Counted from the first letter of the stretch, positions 23,318 through 31,601 are shown. The stretch is 32,000 bases of DNA from Candidatus Nanoarchaeia archaeon (GCA_028713895.1 JAQTNH010000001.1:157050-189049); one strand, 5' to 3'. The notes: generated by a model not told the origin, from the sequence alone. Made by a program: numbers and translations.

Positions 23318-23764
23318 ATGGATATACGAAAAATAATCTTCGGCGTTATGGTTCTGCTGTTTTTGGTTACTCTTTTTGTTCCAGTAAAAGGCGTGCCTGA
23401 AGAAAAAAGGTGTTCAGGCGACAGTGAATGCGAGTTTGTGCGGACTGTTTGCTGCCAAGGATGTTCAGGCGGATTTGACTCTGTAAATGTCGAGTTCTCA
23501 ACAAAGATGAACAATGACATGCTTTTGAAATGTAATGACACTGACTGCCCGCCGAATTACTGCGAGGGTCCGTATGGGGAAGCGTATAAGGCGGTTCCAA
23601 AATGCATAAACGGCGAGTGTTCAGTCGGGGATTCGCTCAAATGCACTGCTGTCTGTTCTTATTATGCGAAAAATAACACGGCGCCGTACAAAGTATACTT
23701 CAGCAACATCGCAATCGCAGAAGGATTAAGCCAGGAAGCGCTGATTGATAAGTGCGAGTGCTAA
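23318..23764 (+). CDS. secreted/membrane-anchored cysteine-rich protein (148 aa)
   Basis: N-terminal signal/anchor IIFGVMVLLFLVTLFVPV, then about 15 Cys in a ~120-aa domain that ends ..DKCEC. Confidence 0.75.
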   Translation: MDIRKIIFGVMVLLFLVTLFVPVKGVPEEKRCSGDSECEFVRTVCCQGCSGGFDSVNVEFSTKMNNDMLLKCNDTDCPPNYCEGPYGEAYKAVPKCINGECSVGDSLKCTAVCSYYAKNNTAPYKVYFSNIAIAEGLSQEALIDKCEC

Positions 23765-23791
23765 AGCTTTTCTCTTTTAAAGAGAAAAGCT
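23765..23791. terminator. near-perfect 27-nt palindromic hairpin between convergent genes
   Basis: agcttttctcttt-t-aaagagaaaagct gives T-tracts on both strands. It lies between the 23764 stop (+) and the 23823 stop (-). Confidence 0.55.
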
Positions 23792-23822
23792 TGGAAGAAA
23801 GAATCTTGTTGGAACAAACTTT

Positions 23823-24485
23823 TTAGAACGCATGTTTCTGTTTTAATTTCCCGATTATTTCCCTGTGAATCTCTTCAACTGTGCGGATTTCATCCGCGTT
23901 TTTCTGCTTGCAGTCGATTATTATCCAGCCCTCGCGCTTTGCGGTCTCGAGATAGCACTCGCGCGTGTCCTTAAGATGCTGGATGCTTGCTTCGTGGATA
24001 TCCTTTGCGCCTGCGCCTTTTGTCCCCTCGCGGCCCTGCTTGAGTCTCTGTGAAATCTCCACAGGCAAATCAAGGTATACTACAGTGTCTGGCTGGGGCA
24101 TGCGGGATTCAACCTGATTTATCCATTTTATCAAATCCAAACGCGCTTTGCCTTTAAGTTTTCCTGCCTGGTGCCCTATATTGGACTGCGTGTAGCGGTT
24201 TGCAACAAGAATCTTCCCTTCTTTCAGGGCCTGATAGTTCTCCTTTGCAAACTGGTAGCGGTCAAGGGCATAGCAGAGGCATGCAACTTCAGGAGGGACA
24301 TTTTCAAGCGTGCCGAACTTTCCCTCGAGATACCATTTGACTGTCTGTCCGCCAAGGGTTTTTTCATAAGTCGGGAAATCAAGAACCTTAATCTGCTTTC
24401 CTGAGGCTTTCAAAAGCTCAACAAGAAGATTTGCCTGGGTTGTCTTTCCTGTGCAATCCGCGCCCTCAATAACGATGAATGTCAT
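23823..24485 (-). CDS. tmk: thymidylate kinase
   Basis: MTFIVIEGADCTGKTTQ (P-loop), ALDRYQF (DRY/H motif), lid-like KGREG.KG. Start set at ATG 24485, where homology begins; the ORF-track start at 24596 adds 37 unlikely residues. Confidence 0.88.
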   Translation of the reverse strand: MTFIVIEGADCTGKTTQANLLVELLKASGKQIKVLDFPTYEKTLGGQTVKWYLEGKFGTLENVPPEVACLCYALDRYQFAKENYQALKEGKILVANRYTQSNIGHQAGKLKGKARLDLIKWINQVESRMPQPDTVVYLDLPVEISQRLKQGREGTKGAGAKDIHEASIQHLKDTRECYLETAKREGWIIIDCKQKNADEIRTVEEIHREIIGKLKQKHAF

Positions 24486-24500
24486 GGATAGATTAACAGA

Positions 24501-24522
24501 TAAGATATTAATAAATATATTG
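24501..24522. promoter_or_regulatory. shared AT-rich TATA region for divergent leaderless genes
   Basis: taagatattaataaatatattg is centred at about 24512, roughly 26-27 nt from both ATG 24485 (-) and ATG 24540 (+). Confidence 0.5.
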
Positions 24523-24539
24523 ACATGGTTAAGAATTGC

Positions 24540-25862
24540 ATGGAACTTGAGAATTTTTTCAACCCGCGGACGATTGCAGTAATCGGCGCGAGCCATTCAA
24601 AAGAAAAAGTGGGGCATGATATTTTTTACAATCTCCTCAAGGAAAAGAAAAGGGTCTATGCAGTAAACCCGAATGCGACAAGCATCCTTGGAGAGCCCTC
24701 ATTTGCTTCGGTGCTGGACATAAAGGCAGAGATTGACCTGGCTATAATTGCCATACCTGCGAAGCTGGTTCCAAAAGTAATTGAAGAGTGCGGGCAGAAA
24801 GCCGTCAAGGCCGTGATAATAATTTCATCAGGGTTCTCTGAAGCAGGTAACAAGGCTCTGGAAAAGGAAGTCATTGAAACTGCGCAGAAACACAACATTA
24901 GAATTCTAGGGCCGAACTGCCTCGGAGTAATTGTCCCGCGCATAAACATGAACGCGAGCTTTTTCAGCAAGACTCCTGAAAAGGGCGGGATAACATTCAT
25001 ATCGCAGAGCGGAGCATTGGGGGTTGCAATGCTTGACTGGGCAATAAAGCACCAGCTCGGCCTGAGCGCATTCGTGTCAATGGGAAATGCAGGCGATGTT
25101 GATTTCGCAGACATGATTAAATACTTTGAGAAAGACGCAGACACAAAAGCAATCTGCCTGTACATGGAAAGCCTGAAAGACGGCAGAAAGTTTTTGGAAG
25201 CGACGAAAGACTGCAAAAAGCCGATAATTGTGCTGAAAGCTGGCAGGACTGAAGGCGGGCAAAAAGCAGCAGCAACGCACACAGCAGCCCTGGCAACAGA
25301 GGACAGGGTTTATGACGGCGCGTTCAGGCAGTACAGGCTGATTCGCGTGAACACCCTTTACCAGCTGTTTGAGATTGCGCAGTATTTTGTTTACGGGCAC
25401 GCGCCAAAAGGAAAGCGCGGGCTGATAGTAACAAACGCGGGCGGGCCTGGAGTGCTGGCAAGCGACGGATTTGAGCGCGAAGGGATTGAAATCGTAAAAA
25501 TAGACGAGGCAAAAGAAGAGCTTAACAAAGTCCTGCCGCAGCAGTGGAGCAAAAGCAATCCTGTTGACATTGTCGGAGATGCAACACCTGACAGGTACAA
25601 GGCTGTGTTTGACGTCTTGAAAAACAAGAAGTTCTTTGACTTTGTGCTGTGCATACTCACCCCGCAGGCGATGACAGAGCCAAAGGATGTTGCTGAACTT
25701 TTCGTGAAATTTTACAGGGAGACTGGCGTCCCCTGCTTTGGGTGCTTCATGGGCGGGGACTCAATCAGCACAGCGAAAAGGATATTAAGGGATAATCACA
25801 TTACCAATTTTGTTGAGCCAGATTATGCGGCCAAAGTCATATCAAAGATGGTGAAAAAATGA
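24540..25862 (+). CDS. ADP-forming acetyl/acyl-CoA synthetase alpha-subunit-like CoA-binding protein
   Basis: FFNPRTIAVIGAS (CoA-binding Rossmann), ISQSGALG, KAAATHTAALA (phospho-His loop region). Start could be 24525 or 24540; 24540 fits the TATA spacing. Confidence 0.85.
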   Translation: MELENFFNPRTIAVIGASHSKEKVGHDIFYNLLKEKKRVYAVNPNATSILGEPSFASVLDIKAEIDLAIIAIPAKLVPKVIEECGQKAVKAVIIISSGFSEAGNKALEKEVIETAQKHNIRILGPNCLGVIVPRINMNASFFSKTPEKGGITFISQSGALGVAMLDWAIKHQLGLSAFVSMGNAGDVDFADMIKYFEKDADTKAICLYMESLKDGRKFLEATKDCKKPIIVLKAGRTEGGQKAAATHTAALATEDRVYDGAFRQYRLIRVNTLYQLFEIAQYFVYGHAPKGKRGLIVTNAGGPGVLASDGFEREGIEIVKIDEAKEELNKVLPQQWSKSNPVDIVGDATPDRYKAVFDVLKNKKFFDFVLCILTPQAMTEPKDVAELFVKFYRETGVPCFGCFMGGDSISTAKRILRDNHITNFVEPDYAAKVISKMVKK

Positions 25863-26497
25863 ATATAAACCTTATCGAATTTTCAACTGCAGTCAAGGAA
25901 ATAGTCCGCGGGAAAGTCTCGGACAAAACAACAGAGTTCTTGAAGTCGCTGCCAGACGGCGTAATAATAAAGAAATTTGGATTTATTCTGAATGGCAATA
26001 CAATACAGGTGGTTTCGCCGTTCAGGAGCCTGCCTGCAATCACCAAAATGGTGCTGCGCGCAAGCGAGCATGACGATTACAACTACACAATCCGTGTGCA
26101 GGGAGACGGGCAGATGACAAACCTGACAAAGAGGTTCGTGTCTGCAGTTGATGTTGACTCTGCAAAAAAAGAGCTTCTGCTCGGGAAAAATACAGACAGG
26201 GAATTCTACGAGATTGTCGCGACTCCGGACTTTGAAGTAAAATACACAGAGTACGAAGGCACAACAATCAAGGCAAATGACCCTGAGATGGCGCGGAAAT
26301 ACTTCCAGAGCCTGATGGGGCTGTTCCCGTATGTCGAGCTGGAAAAAACCCACAGGAAAGTAAAGATGGAGTTCGAGTTCCAGAAAGAGGCATACAAGGA
26401 GTTCCGCAAGGAACCTGCGCATAAAGGGCATCTTTCGTGCGCAATTGAGCTGGACGGAATACCTGCAGGCACAAAAGGCGGAAGCTTCATTTACTGA
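25859..26497 (+). CDS. hypothetical protein (212 aa), translationally coupled to the upstream gene
   Basis: ATGA start/stop overlap at 25859-25862. It occupies the usual position and size of an ACD beta subunit, but I see no ATP-grasp motifs. Confidence 0.75.
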   Translation: MNINLIEFSTAVKEIVRGKVSDKTTEFLKSLPDGVIIKKFGFILNGNTIQVVSPFRSLPAITKMVLRASEHDDYNYTIRVQGDGQMTNLTKRFVSAVDVDSAKKELLLGKNTDREFYEIVATPDFEVKYTEYEGTTIKANDPEMARKYFQSLMGLFPYVELEKTHRKVKMEFEFQKEAYKEFRKEPAHKGHLSCAIELDGIPAGTKGGSFIY

Positions 26498-26502
26498 TTT
26501 TT

Positions 26503-26712
26503 ATGGCAGAATCTCTTGAAACAATAATCGGAACTGGGATGATACTAACCGCAGGAGCATTAACATACAGCGCAGGATACACTCTGGAAAAATTTTCAGA
26601 AAACGGATACAAACTTGGAATCGCACTCAGTGCTATAGGATTTTTGCTTGCAGCTCCGCTTATGTTTATAGGGCCCTATCTTGTAAATCAGGGGATTCCA
26701 GAAGAGAAATAA
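26503..26712 (+). CDS. small membrane protein (69 aa)
   Basis: Two hydrophobic segments: IIGTGMILTAGALTYSAGY and LGIALSAIGFLLAAPLMFIGPYL. Confidence 0.6.
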   Translation: MAESLETIIGTGMILTAGALTYSAGYTLEKFSENGYKLGIALSAIGFLLAAPLMFIGPYLVNQGIPEEK

Positions 26713-26994
26713 TCATTTCTTCTTTTTCAATTCGGGCTTTTTGCCAGTGATATCAAAGCCTGACTTCACCAATTGCTCGCTTGTCATGATTTTTACGTTC
26801 TTCTCGCTGGACTTCTCGCCAAACATCTGGAGAATCTGCTCAACTGACTTGTTTCCCTGCTCGTTCAGGCAGACATCGCAGACTTTTGCGCACTTGCTGT
26901 CTTCGTTATCATAGACAATGCGGATTTCCTTGATAAATTTGCATATAGAACATTTGTCTTTTTCATAGCCGAGTGATATGCCGTAGCGCGCCAT
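26713..26994 (-). CDS. zinc-ribbon protein (93 aa)
   Basis: MARYGISLGYEKDKCSICKF...CAKVCDVCLNE has CxxC...CxxC. The start overlaps the upstream stop (TAATG at 26994). Lys-rich tail. Confidence 0.7.
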   Translation of the reverse strand: MARYGISLGYEKDKCSICKFIKEIRIVYDNEDSKCAKVCDVCLNEQGNKSVEQILQMFGEKSSEKNVKIMTSEQLVKSGFDITGKKPELKKKK

Positions 26995-28055
26995 TATGCC
27001 TTGCCTTCGTGGATTTTTCCTGCACCAACAACCTTGATGCTTTTCCAATGCGCTTCAGGATTATAAATTATGCAGTGCTGCCCTTTTTCAAATGCGAACG
27101 CGACTTTTGTCTCGACTGTGACATGTGCTTTTTGCCCGGTTGTAATGCTCTGGACTTCTGCGCCGTCTTTTACTATTTTTGTGACTGTGACCGGGAGTGT
27201 CTGCATTCCTATGTTAAACAGGACTTCGCTGTCCTGCCTGAGCTCGTCCTTGAAGAACTTGCTCACTTCAAAATCAGCAATAATAGTTTTGCCTTTCTCG
27301 AGCGAACCTTCTGCTGCAACAACATCGCCCTGCTGGACATCCCATTTGTTCAGCCCTTTGTAAAGAATATCAACACGCTGGCCTGCAGCCGCCTTCTCGA
27401 CAACAAGCCCCTCGACTTTGATTTCCTGGACAATGAATTCCTTTGTCCACGGCATCATGAAAGTTTTATCGTACTTTTTGACGGTGCCGCGGTCAATCAC
27501 TCCGACAATTGATGTGAACCCGCTCTTTGCCTCGACAGGAGCCTCGATTCCCATTTTGAATTTCCCGTTTGCATCGCGCAATTTTGGGCTAAGCTGGGTG
27601 AGGGCTGTTTTCAATTCATTGAATCCCTCCTCAGTCAGGGAGGATGTGCCGATGATTTCAACATTCTTCAAGGAAGTTTCTGCGAGAATCTTCGGGAGCA
27701 CTGCCTTGAGCCTGTCAACATTTTCAGGGGCTGAGTCTGTTTTTGTGATTGCAATGACTCCGCTCTCAAGCTTCATGTAATTTATGAGGAGGATTAGCTC
27801 TCCGAGCTTTGGCAAATCAATTGTTGCAGGCACGCAGAACAAACAGGCGTCTGCTTCAGCCATCAAAGCAAGGGTCGGCTTTATTTTCATTGAGTCGTAG
27901 GGCGCGTCTGCAAGATAAACAAGCGCGTCCCCTATCTTGAAAGAATGACAGGTATAATCTTCAGTCTCTATTTCCAGCTTCTGCTGCAGCATTTTTACGA
28001 TAGTTGTTTTTCCGGACTCCTTGGGCCCGATTACGCAAACTTGCAAGCTTTTCAT
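26994..28055 (-). CDS. EF-Tu/SelB-family GTPase-like protein (353 aa)
   Basis: P-loop GPKESGKTT, TKTD (NKxD-like), beta-barrel domain II-like AAAGQRVDILYKGL..QQGDVV. Start at ATG 28055, with ttttataaaa about 27 nt upstream on the minus strand, so the gene looks leaderless. The ORF-track start at 28196 is unlikely. Confidence 0.8.
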   Translation of the reverse strand: MKSLQVCVIGPKESGKTTIVKMLQQKLEIETEDYTCHSFKIGDALVYLADAPYDSMKIKPTLALMAEADACLFCVPATIDLPKLGELILLINYMKLESGVIAITKTDSAPENVDRLKAVLPKILAETSLKNVEIIGTSSLTEEGFNELKTALTQLSPKLRDANGKFKMGIEAPVEAKSGFTSIVGVIDRGTVKKYDKTFMMPWTKEFIVQEIKVEGLVVEKAAAGQRVDILYKGLNKWDVQQGDVVAAEGSLEKGKTIIADFEVSKFFKDELRQDSEVLFNIGMQTLPVTVTKIVKDGAEVQSITTGQKAHVTVETKVAFAFEKGQHCIIYNPEAHWKSIKVVGAGKIHEGKA

Positions 28056-28149
28056 AGAAAGGGCAAAATGATTTGATTTTATAAAAGTTATGTTTAGCTT
28101 CAGCATACATTTAGAAACTGTTAAATAGAATAAATTGTTTGGTGTGATT

Positions 28150-28473
28150 ATGATTGTTAAAAAATATGAGTTCTTGGAACCTGATGGAATACTCAATGAA
28201 TTAAAGAGTTTATTGGAAGATGAAGCAGATATAGGACATGGCGGATGGTTTGGAGATGCGGATGTTTATCATTTGGGAGACTCAACTCTGGTTATGGAAT
28301 ATGAATTAAATGAGCACCAGCCAGGTGCCAAATTTAGCTATCTTAGATGTTATCTGGCGTCATCAAATGAGGAAATCAACAAAAAAGATTTTGACCTGCT
28401 TGTGGGGTATATACGCAGGATAAAACCAGACTGTGATTTAACCAAAGTTTTGAATGAAACCAAACCAGCTTAG
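28150..28473 (+). CDS. hypothetical protein (107 aa)
   Basis: ATG 28150 follows an SD-like ggtgtga. No family recognised. Confidence 0.6.
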   Translation: MIVKKYEFLEPDGILNELKSLLEDEADIGHGGWFGDADVYHLGDSTLVMEYELNEHQPGAKFSYLRCYLASSNEEINKKDFDLLVGYIRRIKPDCDLTKVLNETKPA

Positions 28474-29012
28474 CTGCGTATATCGGTTTCAAACTTCTCA
28501 ATAAAGGACCGGATTTGGGTGAACCTGTCGAAGATTGACCTGCTCTTGTGGTATCTGCCCTGCTTCTTCTCGACGAGCCCGATGGCTTTGAGCTTGTTGA
28601 GGATTGAATAATAGCTTGAGACGCAGGAATTCCACTTCAAAGCCTTTTCAAGCACCTGCTTTTCAGCTTCACTAAGACTCAGCCTGCCTTTGCTGTGCAT
28701 GCCGAGCAGGTTTTCATACGGCTTGCTTCCGCGCTTTGTGTCAGTGATGTTGTGCTTGAGGATTATCCCGTCGAGAAGCGCGCTGTCTTCTGCTGAAACC
28801 TGCTTTGTATTGAAGATTGTCTCGATGTAGCTCTTCCAGTTCGCAGCTGAAAGCCCGAGTTCTTTCCTGTCATAAATCAAACGCATGAGTTCGTATGCAG
28901 GCGCTGAAAGATTTTCATCCTTATAGAACACGTCTTTCAAAAAATCATTCAGGATTTCATAATTGCTTGACCTGAACTTGATTAATGTCTTGTTTTTGTC
29001 TTTGATAGGCAT
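28470..29012 (-). CDS. winged-helix transcription regulator-like protein (180 aa)
   Basis: SSYYSILNKLKAIGLVEKKQGRY is a recognition helix plus wing. cattataaatcc on the minus strand lies about 26 nt upstream of ATG 29012, so the gene looks leaderless. Confidence 0.75.
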   Translation of the reverse strand: MPIKDKNKTLIKFRSSNYEILNDFLKDVFYKDENLSAPAYELMRLIYDRKELGLSAANWKSYIETIFNTKQVSAEDSALLDGIILKHNITDTKRGSKPYENLLGMHSKGRLSLSEAEKQVLEKALKWNSCVSSYYSILNKLKAIGLVEKKQGRYHKSRSIFDRFTQIRSFIEKFETDIRS

Positions 29013-29081
29013 GAAATTGACTTGATTTTTTGGATTTATAATGATATCGCACCTGAAAAAAGATTATAAAGACAATAATTT

Positions 29082-29351
29082 TTGTTTAGCTGGTATGGTA
29101 ATAGTCCGGGAAGGTTATGCAATCATCGCTGCGAGCGAGAGCAAGGCATTGCAGAGAGATATGGACTTGTTATAGCTCCTGATGAAGACATTAACTGCCT
29201 GAGCGTAGAGTATTTGAAAGAACTCCATGCACAAAACCCAAAGGCGGCAGCCGTACTGATTAATACAATTCCTCCGGGCTTGGACGCCTGTAGCGGGCTT
29301 GAAAAAGCAGTGCACGCAAGTTTACGCATCAAAAAGCATATAAAGATGTAA
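29082..29351 (+). CDS. doubtful ORF (89 aa, TTG start)
   Basis: The only start is a TTG, there is no internal Met, and antisense ORFs of similar size overlap it. The TATA at 29061-29071 would place the TSS downstream of this TTG. Confidence 0.25.
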   Translation: MFSWYGNSPGRLCNHRCEREQGIAERYGLVIAPDEDINCLSVEYLKELHAQNPKAAAVLINTIPPGLDACSGLEKAVHASLRIKKHIKM

Positions 29352-29366
29352 ATTGATGTATATTGC

Positions 29367-29582
29367 ATGAGATTCCAGATGAGCGTGTCAAAAGAAATGG
29401 CTTCTGCGCTTAATTGCGAGCAGAAAGAGCGAATGCTTGGAAGCCTGCAGGAAACAATGCGCTCGATTATTGCGGATTACTTTATGATTAAAAGGATGCA
29501 GAGCCAGGAGTCTGCGCCGAAAAAAATAAAAAAACAAAAAGAAGAAAAACTTGAAATAATCCACAACCCCCTGGTTGTGTGA
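29367..29582 (+). CDS. hypothetical small protein (71 aa)
   Basis: gcatataaag lies about 26 nt upstream of ATG 29367, so the gene looks leaderless. Basic C-terminal tail. No family recognised. Confidence 0.45.
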   Translation: MRFQMSVSKEMASALNCEQKERMLGSLQETMRSIIADYFMIKRMQSQESAPKKIKKQKEEKLEIIHNPLVV

Positions 29583-29789
29583 TTACTTCTTATAGTCTTT
29601 TACAACATAGTATACCATCCATAAGCCCGCTATTCCCACAAGCATGTAGACTAATGTTGCAATTATGTTGATTTTTATCAGCTGCACAAACAAGAAGTTG
29701 ACTAAATCGAACCCGAAGAGTCCGTAAAGCCCCCAGTTTAATGCACCGATAATCACCAGAACTAATGCAATAAGGTCCATTTTCTCCAT
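29583..29789 (-). CDS. DUF378-family small membrane protein
   Basis: LVLVIIGALNWGLYGLFGFDLV is the characteristic DUF378 motif. Strong SD ggaggtga lies 8 nt upstream. Confidence 0.85.
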   Translation of the reverse strand: MEKMDLIALVLVIIGALNWGLYGLFGFDLVNFLFVQLIKINIIATLVYMLVGIAGLWMVYYVVKDYKK

Positions 29790-29851
29790 TGCACTGTCAC
29801 CTCCACCATTGATATAAAACAGAAGAAGTTTTTAAGTTATTAACTTTGCTT

Positions 29852-29989
29852 TCAGTCAGCGAATTCGTCGCGGCCAAACAGCACTTCGCCTGTGTAGCCG
29901 CAGTCCTCGCAGAAATGTTTACCTGCATCTGCGCCGCTTTCAATAAAAGTTATATTGACCGAAGCGCAGTGCGGGCATTTCTTCACCAT
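29852..29989 (-). CDS. 45-aa zinc-ribbon protein (not in the ORF track)
   Basis: MVKKCPHCASVNITFIESGADAGKHFCEDCGYTGEVLFGRDEFAD has CxxC..CxxC. The start overlaps the upstream stop (TAATG). Confidence 0.6.
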   Translation of the reverse strand: MVKKCPHCASVNITFIESGADAGKHFCEDCGYTGEVLFGRDEFAD

Positions 29990-30132
29990 TATTTCTTTGC
30001 CAATTTGTGTTTTTTGATGTACTGCCAGATTTTCTTTGTCATCTCAGACGGAGTCACTGCTTTGTTTCCTACAATTGCTGCAAATTTTTCGTCTGGTTTA
30101 ATCTGATAGCCGCCAAATGGTTTTTTTGCCAT
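29989..30132 (-). CDS. 47-aa protein resembling the N-terminal half of a SWIB/MDM2 domain (not in the ORF track)
   Basis: MAKKPFGGYQIKPDEKFAAIVGNKAVTPSEMTKKIWQYIKKHKLAKK, compared with the SWIB consensus ..S.eLa.ivG....sRtevvKklW.YIK.n.LQd. SD gaggtg lies 5 nt upstream. Confidence 0.6.
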   Translation of the reverse strand: MAKKPFGGYQIKPDEKFAAIVGNKAVTPSEMTKKIWQYIKKHKLAKK

Positions 30133-30201
30133 GATTGCACCTCACTTTTGATAAAATAGATAAACCCTAAGGACTTATAAAATATTATGTGAGGTGAGTT
30201 T

Positions 30202-30465
30202 ATGGCGAAACCAGAACATAATCCAATGGCTGTGGCAAAAACAGCAGCAGTGATGTTCGGAGCATGGACAGCTTTGCTGTGGATTATTGGAAGCATAGGG
30301 ATTTACAGCGGAAACGGAATTTATGGCGGAATGTTTACAATGCTTAAAAGCTGCCATCTTTTCTTCGACGTAGGAGCGCTTGGCTTAATACTGGGCACTG
30401 CTGAATCGCTGGTATACGGCTTTGTTGCAGGATACGCATTTGCGTGGCTGTACAACAAGATGTAA
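30202..30465 (+). CDS. small membrane protein (87 aa)
   Basis: TATA cttataaaa and SD gaggtga precede the ATG. Two to three hydrophobic segments. Confidence 0.75.
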   Translation: MAKPEHNPMAVAKTAAVMFGAWTALLWIIGSIGIYSGNGIYGGMFTMLKSCHLFFDVGALGLILGTAESLVYGFVAGYAFAWLYNKM

Positions 30466-30551
30466 AGTTTTTTAAAGAGTTCATTATTTGAATTTTTATG
30501 GAACTTCCTTTTTAAGTAGTTCTAATAAGAAAAAGAGATGTAACAGCAGTT

Positions 30552-31601
30552 ATGGCAAAAAATGATTTGAAAAAATATGTGGGAAAGAAAGTCGCAGTTG
30601 CAATGAGCGGAGGCGTTGACTCAAGCGTCGCAGCCTATCTGCTAAAAAAAGCCGGCGCAGACGTGTTCGGAGTCACGATGCAGATTGTTCCGTGGTCGCG
30701 CTGCTGCCTGCCTAAAGACATTGTCATGGCAAAAGTGATTGCGCACCAGCTCGGGATAAAGCATTATGTCATCAACCTGATAAAGCCGTTCAAAAAGGCG
30801 GCAATAGATTATTTTGTTCGGGAAAGCCGCAGGGGAAGAAATCCCAATCCGTGCGTTCCATGCAACCTGGAAATAAAGTTCGGGGCGCTCATGAAAGCGG
30901 CAGCAGCGAAAGGCGCAGAATTCTTTGCAACAGGGCATTATGCGCGGCTGGAAAACGGGAAGCTCAAACGCCCGAAGGATGTGAAAAAGGACCAGTCGTA
31001 TGTTCTCGGCATGCTGCCAAAAGAAATTTTCAAAAAGCTGATTTTCCCGATAGGAGACTATACAAAAGAGAATGTCCGCAAGATTGCGGCAAAAGCAAAG
31101 ATACCTGCAGCAGAGAAACCCGGCAACCAGGACTTGTGCTTCCTTAACATGGAAAAGGGAAACTTCATAGAGGACTGGAGCAAAAAAAAGAACAAACCAG
31201 GAAACATTGTGGACAATAAAGGGAAAAGTCTCGGAAAGCACGAGGGAATTGTGCATTACACAGTAGGACAACGGAGAGGGTTGGGTTTGAACACGCAGGA
31301 AAAGCTTTATGTGACAGAAGTTGATGCTGGAAAAAACAGGATTGTTGTGGGCGCTGCAGGGGAACTGTTCAGGAAAGACTTTTATGTTGATGATGTGAAC
31401 TGGCTCACTGATGCGCCGAAGAAATTGATGAATGTTGACGTGCTTGTGCGCAACAAGGCTGAACCGCAGAAAGCAAAGATTTTAATTGCAGGGAATCAAG
31501 TTAAAGTGACGCCTGCAAAGCCAATCTGGGCAGTGAGCCCTGGGCAGATTGCAGTGTTCTTGAAAGGAGATGTTGTACTTGGCGGCGGATGGATACTGTA
31601 G
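30552..31601 (+). CDS. mnmA: tRNA-specific 2-thiouridylase MnmA
   Basis: PP-loop AVAMSGGVDSSVAA, CVPCN, ATGHYAR, KDQSYVL and QDLCF (second catalytic Cys). Confidence 0.9.
   Translation: MAKNDLKKYVGKKVAVAMSGGVDSSVAAYLLKKAGADVFGVTMQIVPWSRCCLPKDIVMAKVIAHQLGIKHYVINLIKPFKKAAIDYFVRESRRGRNPNPCVPCNLEIKFGALMKAAAAKGAEFFATGHYARLENGKLKRPKDVKKDQSYVLGMLPKEIFKKLIFPIGDYTKENVRKIAAKAKIPAAEKPGNQDLCFLNMEKGNFIEDWSKKKNKPGNIVDNKGKSLGKHEGIVHYTVGQRRGLGLNTQEKLYVTEVDAGKNRIVVGAAGELFRKDFYVDDVNWLTDAPKKLMNVDVLVRNKAEPQKAKILIAGNQVKVTPAKPIWAVSPGQIAVFLKGDVVLGGGWIL

Noticed and set aside
25859-26497. Calling this gene the ACD beta (ATP-grasp) subunit by position
   Set aside because: No ATP-grasp sequence features are recognisable. 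It is left as hypothetical and flagged as a finding.
29189-29257. C/D-box sRNA candidate (cTGATGA, 13 nt, CTGA, and a later CTGA)
   Set aside because: No C' box at the required spacing, no terminal stem, and spacer lengths do not fit the 12-nt archaeal pattern.
29846-30106. 86-aa + strand ORF from the ORF track
   Set aside because: It starts with a non-ATG codon and has no SD. The minus strand carries two SD/overlap-coupled mini-genes with recognisable motifs (SWIB-like and zinc ribbon).
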